This document shows, in pieces, positions 25,191-38,751 of a stretch of 64,000 nucleotides of DNA. Positions within the stretch are counted from its first letter, which is position 1. Each line of letters begins with the position of its first letter. A program made the position numbers and the translations under genes. Source of the DNA: Eledone cirrhosa (taxonomy: Eukaryota); assembly GCA_964016885.1 (NCBI GenBank), contig OZ024742.1:324074001-324138000 (forward strand), read 5' to 3'. Below the pieces are notes generated by a model. That model worked only from the letters and a program-made list of their open reading frames with translations. It searched no databases and had not been told where the DNA came from.

Positions 25191-26735
25191 TAATAATAAA
25201 CTAAAGTGAAATTCACTAGTCCGTGTGATTTTATTGGCTGCATGGCCCTCCCATATATACATATAAAGAGATCGATAGCTAGTCATGACCATTACACATT
25301 TAAATTTTAAATTTAATCACACAGAATCGATAACAACGGAATCAGTTTAGGCTTTGTTATAATTTAAGTGGAAAGACAGAACGACGGAGAGAAAGAAAAC
25401 TGTATTGTAGAACATGATCAAATGTATGATGATAAATCAAAGAAGACTAATTAAGTAATAGCCAACAGATAGCATCAGACAATGTAGTCTATATATATAT
25501 ACCATGCTTTAAAAATAAGTACTGGGGTCGATATGATTGATTAAAATTGGTTTAAGGCAGTGACCTAGCATGGCCTCATTCTAATGGCTAAAACTAGCAA
25601 AAGAAAAGAATACAGATCACATTACATTAAAACATTTGGAAACCAATGTGGTTGACTATCAGCACGCAGGTGTTTTAACGAAAGAGCAATTTAAGCTAAC
25701 GCGACAGAGGTTTTACGTCACAGATTCTGAACGTGGGGCTCCCCCATCCAACAAGGAACGCAATTTGAATATTTTGAGGGGACATTTTTTCTAAATGTTA
25801 CATATCCTTTTAACAGTAAACACGTTTTTTACTTTGAAGGTGGAGTAATTTTTGAAGTGTCGCGTTGGGACATGAGACAAAAGCAAAAAAAAAAAAAAAA
25901 AAGTTTAAGAACCACGGTTCTATGTGGTCATAACTCGCTTTGAGAGAAACAGCAGCAAAATCCTCTTTCTAAAAATGGGCTCACTTTGCTCGTAAAAAAA
26001 AGGGTTGGTCATGGTTTGAACGTTTCATTTTGGTGGATCAACTAAACCACTCAACTTTTTATTTATTTATTTATTAGAACACTGATATTTGTTCGAACAT
26101 ACTGATTGCAAAGATTAACACCATGCTTTGTAGCATTGAGTTATGGCCCTTTACGTTCTGAGTTCAAATCCCGCCGATGTTAACTTTGTCTTTCATCCTT
26201 ACAAAGTCGATAAAATAAAGCACCAGTAATGCACTGGGGAAATTGCTGGCCTTGTGCCAAAAATAGAAACAATTATTATTGGAAAAAAACCCCCAAAAAA
26301 CCAAAAATTTGAAAAATATAATTATATTCCAAACTATAAATTACTGACCTCAGATATTCCACAATATGGCAGTAAAACATTTTATAATTTGTGACGACAA
26401 CTTTATCATATATCAAATACCACAATATTGGTATCGCTGAACAATTTGTCGCTTCAGTACCACTAATGCCATTCAGTGACGTAAACAAAGTAACTGGGAC
26501 TTCTTCACATTACACAAAGACTAAATATTATTTGAAAGTCTATTGACATTTGAATTAATCTTAATTTTGAAATGTCTTAGAACAATTCCTACACCAAACA
26601 ACAGATATGGGTTAATTTTCTTTTCTGCTGCAGATCTGAATTTCTAATGGACAAAAATATAAAAATATCGTGTCTGTGTGTACACACACACACACAGATA
26701 TAACTTTATCGTACACTTCGGCTGCTAGCGCACAT

Positions 26736-26809
<74 letters not shown>

Positions 26810-28861
26810 TACATGTATGTTTATGTGAGGTTGTGCTATAAACACTAAACATGCTCTGAAGTAAATATTCATACATACTGCATAGAACCAATATAATCAT
26901 TGTTATTAATGGTTTCTGGTTAAGACACAAGACCGACAATTTTATGGGAGGGGAAAGTGGAATAAATCTACCTCAGTGCATTACTGGTGCTTTATTTTGT
27001 CGACCCTGTAAAGACGAAAGGCAACGCTTAATCTCAGCAAAATTTGAACTCAGAACGTAAAGAGACGGAAGAAAATGCTGTAAATCATTTTGTACGACGC
27101 TCTAACCATTCTGCCAATAGCAGTGTCGCTTTATTTTGAAGTATCATCGATGTTGATGGCTTATCAAAACAGTCTGTTTTAATAAGACACCGACCCTGGC
27201 GAAATTCTGAATAATAAGAACCGCATGTGTGTGTGTGTGTGTGTTAGTGTCGCTACCCGGTTAGGGTCTTGGGCTCAATCACGATCGGATGCGTTTCACG
27301 TGGCTTCAGTACATCCAGAGAAAGTGTGCCAGCAGCAACAGCTGGAGAGAACTTGTACTTTTAGTCGCTTAAGGCCTTATAAAAACTGAAAAAAAAACCT
27401 CCAGTTTCATGAGCTTCTAGGCTCGAAACACTTTAATTAAAAATACATAGTCACAGACAGGACACCCCTCCAAAAATCAGTTATCCTTAGGGCGCATTTT
27501 CTAACAGTTGAGGTTCTCAAACAAGACATCTATATTTGCATTTTTTCTACTGAATCAAAAATGCCTACACATGGCATGCAGGAACAATATATTGCGCTTA
27601 TAAATCCATGACGACAACTTGTTGCAAAAATATCAACTAATGAATCTGAAAGTCGGCTAAAGCGACACACACACACAATATATATATGCGTGTAGGTTAT
27701 TCAGTCATTTTGTGGGTTACTGGAGGCGATACCAATATTAGCAGAGTCTATATATTAAGTTTAACAGGAATGTTTTTATTGATTATCGACCTGTTACATA
27801 CGTTTCACAGATGATTGGCTCAAGGTCCATATGTGTGTTATAGACCCGACTCCAACATGAATGTGCACATCAGTTTTGTTAATTGAGTTAAAAACAAAAT
27901 GTCACCATATATATAGATATATGAGGGCACGGCTAATACATAATTGCGAATGAGAAAATTCTTTGAGGCGTCATTTCCTGTTAAATAGTCTCTGACTAGT
28001 GTTGAAAATAAAATAAATCAAATACGTGGGCTTCCACACACACATATAAACCTATAGACAGATAAACAAGTGCTCACCACAAAGTATTTTAATAAAACCA
28101 TATTATTGATTTGCTGTTAACTAAACAATTCCACTTGAACTTCCAGCCACACAGATTTTCAGAATATATTTGTACAGAATAATTAACTAAATTAGGAAAA
28201 AAAAAATCCCGAAACTATCTAAATTTTAAGAGACGTCAGTTTAAAAATTATCTTGGACAACTTGAAAATTATTCACCTATCAATGAGGTAAATAACTTAA
28301 AGTTGTACATGTGTGGGTGTGTGCTTATGTATATAGGTAATTTCGGGTTAATTTTCCGGACAAGTGTTTTCTACGTGTGCCCATGTCTCTCTACAACCTG
28401 TAACTTAGCGGTTAAAAAGAGATAAAATAAGGACCAGAATTAAGAAATAAGTACTGGGCTCGATATGACTGAGTAAACCCTCCAAAGCAGTGCCTCAGAA
28501 TGAGCGTAGACTAATGATTAAAACCAATAAAAGAATATGCATGTGCGCGCACACATATATATTATATATATATATATATAGTAATATTTTATCAGCCAAA
28601 TTAAAGAGACAACTATAATTAAGAATGTAACATTACAAATTTTTTCAGAAGTGGTCGTGTTTGGCAATCTGTCTTTTAGATGACAAGAAAACTGTATGTG
28701 GAGTTGGATGGAGAATGTTCACAGAATGAACATTTTGAGGAAATTTTAATAAATATCATATTTCAACAGAGTAAATTGTAGAAATTGCCGAGTTAACATA
28801 TTTATCATCACAAGTGTCAAAGAAAAGGGGGATAGAATTAACAATAACCTCAATACACACA

Positions 28862-28902
<41 letters not shown>

Positions 28903-28907
28903 ATATT

Positions 28908-28945
<38 letters not shown>

Positions 28946-29937
28946 GAGCAACGAAAACAGGTGAAGTTACGTGCTTAATTAGTTCACTGTTTTACGATCG
29001 TTTCAGAAGGTTGCTTGATCATGATAAATCGACATAGTTGGAGTTCTAACAACGTTATTGGGCCTACGATACCGATAGACAGGTAGAAACCCGTGTGTGT
29101 ATATGTACATAGGTATGTATATATGAGAGGAATACTATATATAATAAAAGAAACGTCCCTCCAAATTCTAGAGTTCATTGAATGCCACTTGGAATATTAG
29201 TTAAATAAATATGGTTTGCCGAGACAGAGAAACATGTCCAAACATCTGGTGAAACTGAAAGGTAAGTTTACGTGGCTTTTGATTTTGTTAGAATCGAATG
29301 CTTCCCCGTCACACTCTACCCACTGAAGAAGACAACTGAACAAAACAGACCGTATGGGAGATATTGGCGATGTGTTTACTCCTGAACACATCGCCAATGT
29401 CCCCCATATAGATGGATTACTGTAATATATATTAAGGACGGAAATTAGCAAAATAAAGGTTTTCCCCCGCCAAAAACGATAATATAACGAGAAATATAAT
29501 GAATAAAAAAAGCTACAACTGAAAGACGATTAAACTGTTTTGTTTAACCCATTACCATCAATGAATGGACGGATTATGTGGGTGGTGAGCTGAAGGAGAA
29601 AAATATTTAGAAAGAGAGGGGAAAATAATCAGTTGATATGATTTAGATTAGAAATCTGTTGCTTTGATTGTAATTAAATCTACCTGCAGGGGAGTTAGAC
29701 ACATCTGTAGGTCTACAAACACGGGATCTTTAATTTCTTCTTTTTCTTCTTTTTTTTTTATCTATACGCCTACGATCTTTTTACATGTATTTATGTTATA
29801 AGGAATATGTCATTCCAGAAGTCGGATAGAGAAAAGAGAAAATTATAACATAGAATTTATTTATTTTCACATCTAAATAAAGAATCTACAGTTAAACGTG
29901 ATTTAAAAACAATAATAAAAGATTTAAAACATCTTAC

Positions 29938-29997
29938 AGTATTTCCATCCTTTATACGGAGGTCTTTCAACACTCTTCTGGTTCGCGGACTAGCCAT
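29938..29997 (-). CDS. ARFGAP1: ADP-ribosylation factor GTPase-activating protein 1, coding exon 1
   Basis: Reverse complement reads MASPRTRRVLKDLRIKDGNT followed by a GTAAGA donor (phase 0). It matches the conserved ArfGAP1 N-terminus MASPRTR.VLK. Confidence 0.93.
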
Positions 29998-30865
29998 TGT
30001 AACAGGCGAATTTATACTAATCACAGATAGAATAAAATATTATAACTAAAGCAGCTCTCCTAAGCAATGGCATAAACTGAATAAAATACCAAAAACAGAC
30101 ATTTAAACAGTGACGAAATCGCGAAGCCGCCTGTCACTCGCTGCTACATTTGCTGAGCTGTCAACGTCCAAATCACAATGTGCACTTAGCAAAGCTAGTT
30201 ACAAAATATTCGCTTTACACATTTCATTATTTTAAGCAAATAAATTCAAATATTTAGATTATATTAAACGATTAAAATAATGATTATGTAAATGAAAAAT
30301 AGAAATATTCCAAAAAGCTTTTTTTGTTTTATATTTATATTTATTTATTTATTAATAATCTGTGTTTAGTTGTTGCTTAAAGTTTTTTTAAAGTTGTAAA
30401 ACCCTTTTGAAATATACTTTCTTTACGTGGAATCTTTAAAGCAACAGAACAGATTGAGCTTCAAATTAATATCAATTAAAAGTATTTTTTTCAGAAAATT
30501 TCGTTAATCTGAAGTGGATATTTTAATAATTTCATTTAGTTATTGTTATGAAATTACATAATGTAACAAATGACATAATTTAGCGAGAATTAAAACGAAA
30601 TTTTATATTGTCTATATCATAACAAGAAAAGGATATATTCTCTGAGTTATTAAAAATCCTTTCTTTATATTTTACTTTGAAGTACTGTACTTTAAAATAA
30701 AACAGGCAGACAGATTTATGAGTGCAAGTAGCTTTTACGAAAGTAAGGCTATACCAATTAACGACCAGCACTTTAGCCTGATGTTGAGCGGGTTGTTTTG
30801 TTATTACATGTGCCAGACTGACACCAGCTCATTATTTTCTTTATGTTAAATTATCTTTTTTTTAG
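29998..30865. promoter_or_regulatory. Putative bidirectional promoter and 5' UTR region between ARFGAP1 and TAF2
   Basis: Divergent ATGs at 29997 (-) and 30904 (+). No recognisable TE in the interval. CpG-containing patch near 30110-30170. Start sites cannot be located from sequence alone. Confidence 0.6.
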
Positions 30866-30903
30866 GATTAACATACCCTGGGTGTGGTATTTAAGGTTTG
30901 ACC

Positions 30904-30958
30904 ATGCAGAAATCGAAGAAAGAATCCAAGAATGAGCCACCACGGCAATTTAAATTAT
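30904..30958 (+). CDS. TAF2: Transcription initiation factor TFIID subunit 2, coding exon 1
   Basis: accATG context; MQKSKKESKNEPPRQFKL plus 1 nt, GTATGT donor. An acceptor (tttttttag, 30865) upstream of the ATG implies a non-coding first exon, with a possible donor at 30743. Confidence 0.85.
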
Positions 30959-32748
30959 GTATGTATTCAGCTAAATCTATACTTGTAACAATATAGTTGA
31001 ATATAATGATGAAAATAAAGGGATAGGATCAGTACTTCCCAACCTTTTCACTTTCTAGAACACAGTTTATTTAAATAACCTCCCTCCATCTCCACCGATC
31101 TCAGGACTTTAAAAGATCTGTGTGCTCAACTATCTCACGGACTCCCAACGGAACCGCTACGTTTCTAGCTTAGGCCCACGTATGTTTGTCGACCCTATTG
31201 ATCATTGTTATGGAGCTTATTATATCGACTATTATTTTCATCATTATATTTTAGTATATTATTAGTATAGCTAGTATTGTAATGAAAAAAGAAAACAATG
31301 TATATGTTTGCTTGATCAGAAATTTTGATTTGATGACACTTTACGCTGTATAGATGGTAACTTTAAATCTACATTAAAAAAATATACATACACTATGTAT
31401 AATATGGATACACGACTAAATGCATCTATAGAAATATATTTTATCGAAATTTCCAGGGGATCACTAGATATTATGTTGTTTTGTCTGTCCCCTGTGGGTG
31501 TCTTCTCGGTTTTGAACGTGTTCATAACTGTTTACAACCTTCCTTCTCATAGAATCATCTACAGGATTAGACCCTAAGCTATATAAAAATTGGAAGGCTC
31601 CTTGTTAAATAATTATGCTAGAAGCCCCCACAAAACATTTAAAGCATATCTACCATATCATTATTTCATGTGGGACCTACGGATTGTAAACCCCTAAACT
31701 AGTTTATCATGTCTAAAACCGGCATATTTGTTAATACTTCATTGTATATTGTTGCTTATCAATTGCGATTAAACTTCTTTTTATTTTATTATGAATATGA
31801 TATACAAAAGAAGGAGAAAACCATTAAAAGAAACAAAGGTGTGGTTATTATTTGCAAAAAGTACAATAATAATTTTTAAAATGAGACGTGAGAAGGACGT
31901 GCACATTTAATTACACACTATAACTGTATACCGGTGTTGCTTGCATAGTTACAATAAAGAAAAACAAACAAACTTATATTTGATCATCCTAACATAAATA
32001 GTATTTTATAAATATATTTATTTAGGTTGATTTAAAGAGAAATAGATAGATATTGGTCTTAAGGAATTTGTGTATTTTATCAGTTTTTGAATTCACAATA
32101 AACTCTCATGGTAAACACCGGTTTAGGTATATGCTTCTCATTATTCTTCATTCGAATCTCACTTATTGCCTTTGCTTTTTATCTCTCTTGTGATCTATTA
32201 AATAAACACCAGTGATGTTCTGGTGTAGAACTAATCGACCTTTACACAAGAGTTTAACAGCACAGAACAACTGCGTGCGTGTCTATTCAAAATAATCCAA
32301 ACTTTTACGATGTTTACATTCGTCGTTTTGTGTATTCTGATTAGACACTGCAGCGACAGCTAATCAAGTTGTACTATAAAACTTGTTCTATCGCACGTAG
32401 TTCATGTATATAATGCACCGCTTGTTGTTTTATATACAATTAAACAAAAGTTAATGTTTTTACTCAAGAATTTTGTGGATCACCATCCGAAAACGTTTGT
32501 AATACATCATAGAGTTTTATTAAAAATTAAGAAAAAAAAAATCGAGTTCTTTCTGATCTCCCGTTTGAAGGATAGCAATTATAGAAGACTGCACTCCTAT
32601 CCAGCCCCTGCTAGCCTAGAACAAAAATAACTACAACAAACATGTTAAACGAAAAGTATTTGACAACACCACTTACACTCACAGAAGAGGGAGCCTCTCT
32701 GTGCGAGAAACAGCAGCCATTAAAAAATAAGAATTACAACCTACTATC

Positions 32749-32794
<46 letters not shown>

Positions 32795-34177
32795 GTATGT
32801 ATGTGTGTATGTGAACAGAACACATTGGACTATGTAGTTTTGCATACCCTTAAAGGACATGAAGGCTATGGTTGGAATGCCTTTAATCAGAGCTGACCAA
32901 CAACACAACTTTCCCTGTTAGACGACAGACAAGGCCTGAAATATAGAATTCCATATTTCACATGACAATGTGACATTTCAAAACTCTCTTATTGATTAAT
33001 TAGTATCATCTAGTACCCTAAACTAGAGATTATAACATTTTTAGACCATCGATCGACCTCTTCAGGGAATCCATAACTCAAGACATATACAAAAATAAAC
33101 AACTAAATAACTAAATCAGTTAACAGAATATAAAAAAAAAAAAAAAAATAATAAAGACTATAATAATTGGCAACCTCTATACACAAGTACTTTTTTATGT
33201 ATTTCCCCAAATTCAATGAGTCAATCCCTGGGAGTCAATTTCTGCCCTAAACCAATGGTGATGTTGATGATCACAGCTTTATAATGTCTTTGAAATTGTG
33301 TGAGAATTCTTTATTTAGCCCTTCCTAACTATAAGCCAACACATATCAGAACTCATACTTTTTAGAGCTACAAACAGGCAGCCAGGTTACCATGCACGTC
33401 TGCAACAATGAAATGCTGCCATTTCTGTAGATTTATTTCCTCATGTGAGGTATATGGAAGGTATAATATTGGTGAGAGAAGTTGTGAATCTTCTATTTCC
33501 ATGCAATACTCCAAGAAGTATTGTTGTTGTCTATGTAGTGGTGTCTTGGTCAGCTTTGAAAATGAAAGACTAGAATAGACCTGCCTTCCCTTTGAACACA
33601 CACATGAAGGAAATGGTTTTATTCATAATTAAATTCTCTGTTCCTCTCTTCCAACCTTCTCTGTAATAATCTACATCCATGCATTGGATAAGTTATAATA
33701 GGAGACTGGATATTCAAACTATCAAGAAAAGATATTAATTTTTCTCTTGACTCTAAGTCATTTGGAATCATGTTTGGATTCCTTGTGCTAAATATATTCT
33801 TTGTAACACTAAGACTTATTATGTATAATTAATACAATGAATTATGCTATTACATGGTATTTATAATTTAGTTATGCATACTTTTACATATAAGGATGCA
33901 TACATCATATTTGTTCATTTTCTTTGTAATAAATATTGGATAGAATATGTATGTTAGTATTTTTTTACATTATAATGTTACATTAATCTTGTGTAGGATA
34001 AATAAAATATGGATGTTTTGTTACACAGCTTTTCTGGTTGTTGCTTGATAAATCCTCTTTTGGTTTTCTGAATGGTTTATGCACATTTTATCTAAACACA
34101 AGTAGTGGTAACTGTATATTATCAGCACAACAAGATGTCCACAACAATAATTCCATTCTTCTAATTTTCTTCTACAG

Positions 34178-34230
34178 CTCACCAAACATTATGCATCACA
34201 GCGATTAACTTTGAAACTCAGTCTCTGATT
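34178..34230 (+). CDS. TAF2: TAF2 coding exon 2
   Basis: ctacag acceptor; (S)HQTLCITAINFETQSLI; GTAAGT donor. Confidence 0.9.
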
Positions 34231-34261
34231 GTAAGTTTCTTTTTATTATTTCTATTATTAT

Positions 34262-34457
34262 TTAACCCTTTAGCATTTACATTATTCTACTATTCTACTT
34301 TTATGGTCTCACATAATATGGAACCTATGAGATTTTGATGATGATATTATTTATTTTAAGAAAAATACCTTAAATGTTAGTATAAGTGGCTGATTTGAAC
34401 AGAAAGAAGTGAGAGAATTCTGGCTGGATATGGCTGGTTTAAATGCTAAAGGGTTCA
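34262..34457. mobile_element. piggyBac-like MITE (copies near 3558-3773, 35583-35792, 47100-47507, 50028-50205)
   Basis: TTAA-CCCTTTAGCATTTA ... TAAATGCTAAAGGG-TTAA terminal inverted repeats with TTAA target sites (best preserved at 47100 and 50028); shared internal sequence. Confidence 0.75.
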
Positions 34458-34829
34458 GGTGGTGGGTTAACAGAATTGTTAATGTGTCAGGTGAAATACA
34501 TTGCTCTATTTCCTTATGACTCTATGTTATGGTATCAAATCCCGCCAAGGTTAACTTTATCTTTTATTCATCCTGGGTTGATAAAATAAAGTGCCAATTA
34601 AGTACTGGGCTCAATATAATCAACTTTTCCTTTTCCCCAAATTGCTGGCCTTGTGCCACTCTTAGAAAGAATTATTATTTAACCCTTTTGTGACTATATT
34701 CCTAACAATATACTGCTTTTGTTTTTTAACCCTTAACATAGTATAAAATATCTATAAAAACAGGTTTGCTAATTTAAATGTTTATAGTATCATTACTAGT
34801 GGATAAATCATTGTGAAAAATTGCATTAG

Positions 34830-35390
34830 AGTAAAAATGTCTCTTTGTCAGGCACTTAGCATAGACTTGACTGGGGAGGTTTCATGGACAGGATTGACAT
34901 GTACAGCTGGGTTGGAAGTGGTATCAAGACTGGCGGGTGTAGGATCAGTCAACTGGAATTTGCGGATGACATGGTATTACTTAACTTGTCAGGTGATCTC
35001 TAACATGCACTTGGTAAGTTTGCTGCTGAGTGATGCATGGCAGGAATGAAATTCAGTACTGTGAAGACTGAGACGCTCATCCTTCCAATGAAGCCTGTGC
35101 AGTGCACTCTACATGTGAGTGGAGTTCCACTAAGGCAGGTGGAGAAGTTCAAATATCTTGGAGCCATGTTTATGAGTGACAGAAAGCAGGAGGCTAAATT
35201 AAGTTCAGGAGCTGGTGCAGTAATGTGTCAGCTTCTGCATTTGTTCAGAAGAAGAAGGGAGGTAGGTGTAAAAGCTAAACTCGCTATCTTTAATTGGGTA
35301 TTCGTGCCAACCCTTAACTATGAATGTTAGGTAATGATCAAAAGAATACGATTGCAAATGTAAGTGGCCAAAATAAGGTTCCTCTAATGG
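34830..35390 (+). mobile_element. Decayed RTE-like RT fragment
   Basis: FADDMVL, GMKFSTVKTETL, QVEKFKYLG and FVPTLNY in broken frames. Confidence 0.6.
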
Positions 35391-36080
35391 TCTTTAGTTA
35401 AAGAGTCAGGTTCTTGACTGAGATACTGTAGTTTTGTTGTATCAAATTTCAAGTGTAATTATATCTTTTACTGGTTCCAGTCATTAGAGTGTAGCCATGC
35501 TGGGGCACCACCTTAAAGGGATTAATTAATCATATCGGCCCTGGTACTTATTTTATTGGTCTCCTTTGTCAAACAATTAAATCAACCCTGTAGCATTTAC
35601 ATTACTCTATATATACTATTTTTGTGGTAAAGGCTTTATCTCACATAATATCGAATCTATGAGATTTTGATATTATTTATTTTGAGAACAATACCTTAAC
35701 ATCAGTATGAGTGGCTAGTTATGGCCGGTTTGAATAGAAAGAGGTGAGAGAATTCTAGCTGGATACAGCCGGTTTAAACGCTAGCGGGTTAAAGTACACA
35801 GACATGGTCATACAGTTTATTAAACCATTCATAATGATGTTTTCAAAACCTTTTGAAAATAACCAAGAATTTGTAGGTTTTAGTAATATGACTAACTTTC
35901 TGAATATTAAACTGGTGTTTGGAAGGTTCTTACATAAAATTATGATGGAAAGTTTTTAGATGAATATAAAGACTTTAAAATAAACAGTTTTGTGCCATAA
36001 AACCTGAGACAATTTCAGGAGGTTTGATATCAAAAGGGTTAAACTTATAATTCTATTTTCTTTTTTCTTGGTCTTTTCAG

Positions 36081-36153
36081 GGTTATGTTGAACTGACTCT
36101 CCATCCCTTAAAGACTGAAATCTACTGTGTTAAACTTAACAGTACACAAAGCA
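36081..36153 (+). CDS. TAF2: TAF2 coding exon 3
   Basis: tttcag acceptor; GYVELTLHPLKTEIYCVKLNSTQS plus 1 nt; followed by the U12-type donor GTATCCTTT. Confidence 0.92.
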
Positions 36154-37175
36154 GTATCCTTTGAACAATAATCTCAAACAAACACTATATATGTTTTCTT
36201 GCTTGTGAACTTGAGTGCATGCATCATTACAATCAGCATCACCGTCATCATTTAACATTTGCTTCCTTTGCTAGCAAGGCTTCAATGTGTTGTCACAGAC
36301 CAAGATGCACTTTTGATGAGTTGTAGTGCACCTGAGCACTGTACACAATAATTTTCATTATTTGTAGTACTCAAGTGGAGCCACTGACCACTCAGATGGG
36401 ACAGGAGCCTACATCTTGCTTACATATATTTTTACACTGTATTGATTATTCCAACAAGTCAGGGGACCTGCTTCTTCCTGACATATGATCCCACCCACTA
36501 CTAAATGCATTTTATTGTGGCACCAGCTCTAGGGAGGTCGACATGTCTTTGACACAGCTGAAGAATCTTTCCAACACTTGTTTGGCAGGGTTTCGATGGC
36601 TGGATGCAATTTCCTACCACCAACCACTTTACAGAGTATACTGGGTATGATTATTGTATAGATTACCAACACTAGTGAAGTTGCCATGTCTATGGCACAA
36701 CTGAAGAGTCCTCCTGATCCTATATTTGTCAACCTTCCCTCCCCTCTTCTCTCACTATCTCTTGCTTGTCTACTTCTATTTCCTATCAGGTCATTGATTT
36801 GAACTTTAGACTGGTAGCACTGTTCAGTAGTGAACATAATTTCTTCGCTCCATATTTCAGCAATGAAAGTCAATTTTTCCAGCTTCTGGCATCTTGTGTT
36901 GCACATTTACATGCACAGACTGTTGTTCATTCAGTTCTAGTTGTCAATTATCACATATGGATCCCCTAAGGTGGAAAAGACACTTGCAAATTTTTCCTGT
37001 TTATTCTTTGTTTTGTTATTGTCTTATATACACCACAGCAACAGAGCAGGCCCCGATAGTTTATGCAAACTGGCATTACATGTGCAGCACTACCTTGATG
37101 TGCAAAGCTGCACTGCCAACAAGTGGCTGGTATGATAACAATGCATTTAGTATGTTTGTGTGTATTTTCTACTAA

Positions 37176-37218
<43 letters not shown>

Positions 37219-37460
37219 TATCATTCCTTGCAGATACTTGTCGAAATTGCCATGCAGTGGGATTGAATTCATAACCACATGGTTGCAAAGCAAACTGTTT
37301 AACCACACAACCATGCTTGGGCTGATTTGCACTGAACCCTTCTTTCAAATATGCTTTACTCATTTAATGAACTATCATACTTTGTTCGTTTTTTTATAAG
37401 CAAAGTCCAGAAATCTCAACAAAAAAAAAAGGACTGTTTCACTTCTTTAACTTTACATAG
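36154..37460 (+). other. U12-type (minor spliceosome) GT-AG intron, TAF2 intron 3
   Basis: 5' splice site GTATCCTTT; branch-point-like TTCTTTAAC at 37443-37451, about 10 nt before the TAG acceptor; no long pyrimidine tract; joins exons in frame. Confidence 0.88.
36305..36362 (+). mobile_element. CR1 extreme 3'-end fragment
   Basis: gatgagttgtagtgcacctgagcactgtacacaataatttt matches the 3' terminus of the other CR1 copies. Confidence 0.75.
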
Positions 37461-37551
37461 AAATTTATCGTATCTGTATTGATGAACAGTGGGATGCTAC
37501 CTTCTTTTACAATGACCCAACATTAGAGATATGCCAAGGTGATGCCAAACA
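37461..37551 (+). CDS. TAF2: TAF2 coding exon 4
   Basis: (K)IYRICIDEQWDATFFYNDPTLEICQGDAK(Q); conserved YNDPTLE; GTAAGT donor. Confidence 0.93.
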
Positions 37552-37593
37552 GTAAGTTTTGTTTTTGTTTTTCCATTTTATTTGCTTTTGTTA

Positions 37594-38751
37594 TCTATAT
37601 ATATGACAGACGTGCAACCAAGCGCATACCCTCCATCAGACACCTACCATACTCTGAACGCCTTGCTTCCCTGGGCATGGATTCATTGAAACTCTGATGT
37701 CTGGCAATGGACTTGGTAAACACCCACAAAGTTATTAACCATCTCGCCAACAACAACCCTGAGTACCTTTTTGATCTCCATGTGTTTAACACACGTGGAC
37801 ATGCCTACAAAATCAGAAAACAGCACAGCTCCCATGACTTTCGGAAACATTTTTTCACACATAGAGTTGCTGAACCATGGAACAAACTGCCTGCGTCAGT
37901 TGTTAGCTGCCGAGACACTGCATCCTTTAAAACCCTCATGCTTCCTGAAATTCGCCAAAACTACACCTGATGTACTCCTTCCATATACATGCACACATGT
38001 GTATATCATGACTCATGCACTGTTCATTTTCCTGACGTTTGTACATTACCCTATATACTATACATACACTTTTGATGAGTTGTAGTGCATCTGAGCACTG
38101 TACACAATATTTTCATTATTATTATTTAACTGAGGATGTCCGTCTGTGTGTGTGTCTGTGAGTTTGAATCCCTAAAACTCGAGAAGTACCCAACCGATTT
38201 TTTTCAAACTTTACATGTGTATTACTTATGTTTCAGGGAGTGTTATAAACTTTTTGACCCCCTAGGGCCCGCATTAGGTGAAAAACTGCGTTTTTTCAGC
38301 TTTTTAGGGGTTTTTTGAGGCGTTACATCAGACCGATTTTTTTTGAAATTGTAACTATGTATTAATGTATTAGTCAGTCTCTTCTTCATACCGTGAGCAA
38401 AGAAAATCCAAATTTTTTATGGCCTACGGCCGGCATTAGGTGAAAAACTTCATTTTTTCAGCCCTTTAGGGCTTTTTTGAGGCGTTACGTCTAGATGATT
38501 TTCTCGAAATTTCAAGGCATATTATGCACATAAAAAAAATTTATTTTCTTGATCCCCTAGGGCCCGCATTAGGTGACACCTGCATTTTTCCTGCTTCATC
38601 GAGGAAAATATTAAAGATTATCCAGCCATCAGAGTATTCGGTTTATTTTCTTTACATATTGTCCAGGCATGCAGTTTTTCCACGATTAGGTCTGTTGGCG
38701 GCCTGCGTTCCAAAATACCTTATCCTGTGCAACGCCGGGTACCACTACTAG
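37594..38751 (+). mobile_element. Non-autonomous Helitron (with nested CR1 fragment)
   Basis: 5' A|TC (tctatatata), 3' hairpin cctgtgcaacgccggg followed by CTAG|T; three internal repeats of about 150 bp containing ggcccgcattaggtg. Confidence 0.75.
37608..38126 (+). mobile_element. CR1 LINE 3' fragment
   Basis: RRATKRIPSIRHLPYSERL...TRGHAYK...WNKLP; same 3' UTR and (ATT)n tail as the other copies. Confidence 0.9.

Noticed and set aside
27790-27875. Minus-strand CUGAUGU, long hairpin, GAAACGUAUGUA hammerhead candidate (similar weak cases near 27405-27430, 28985-29030 and 33025-33075)
   Set aside because: The core is mutated and stem I does not pair, so these cannot be supported individually.
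30959-34177. TAF2 intron 1 as a U12 intron
   Set aside because: The donor GTATGT and a pyrimidine-tract acceptor are U2-type.
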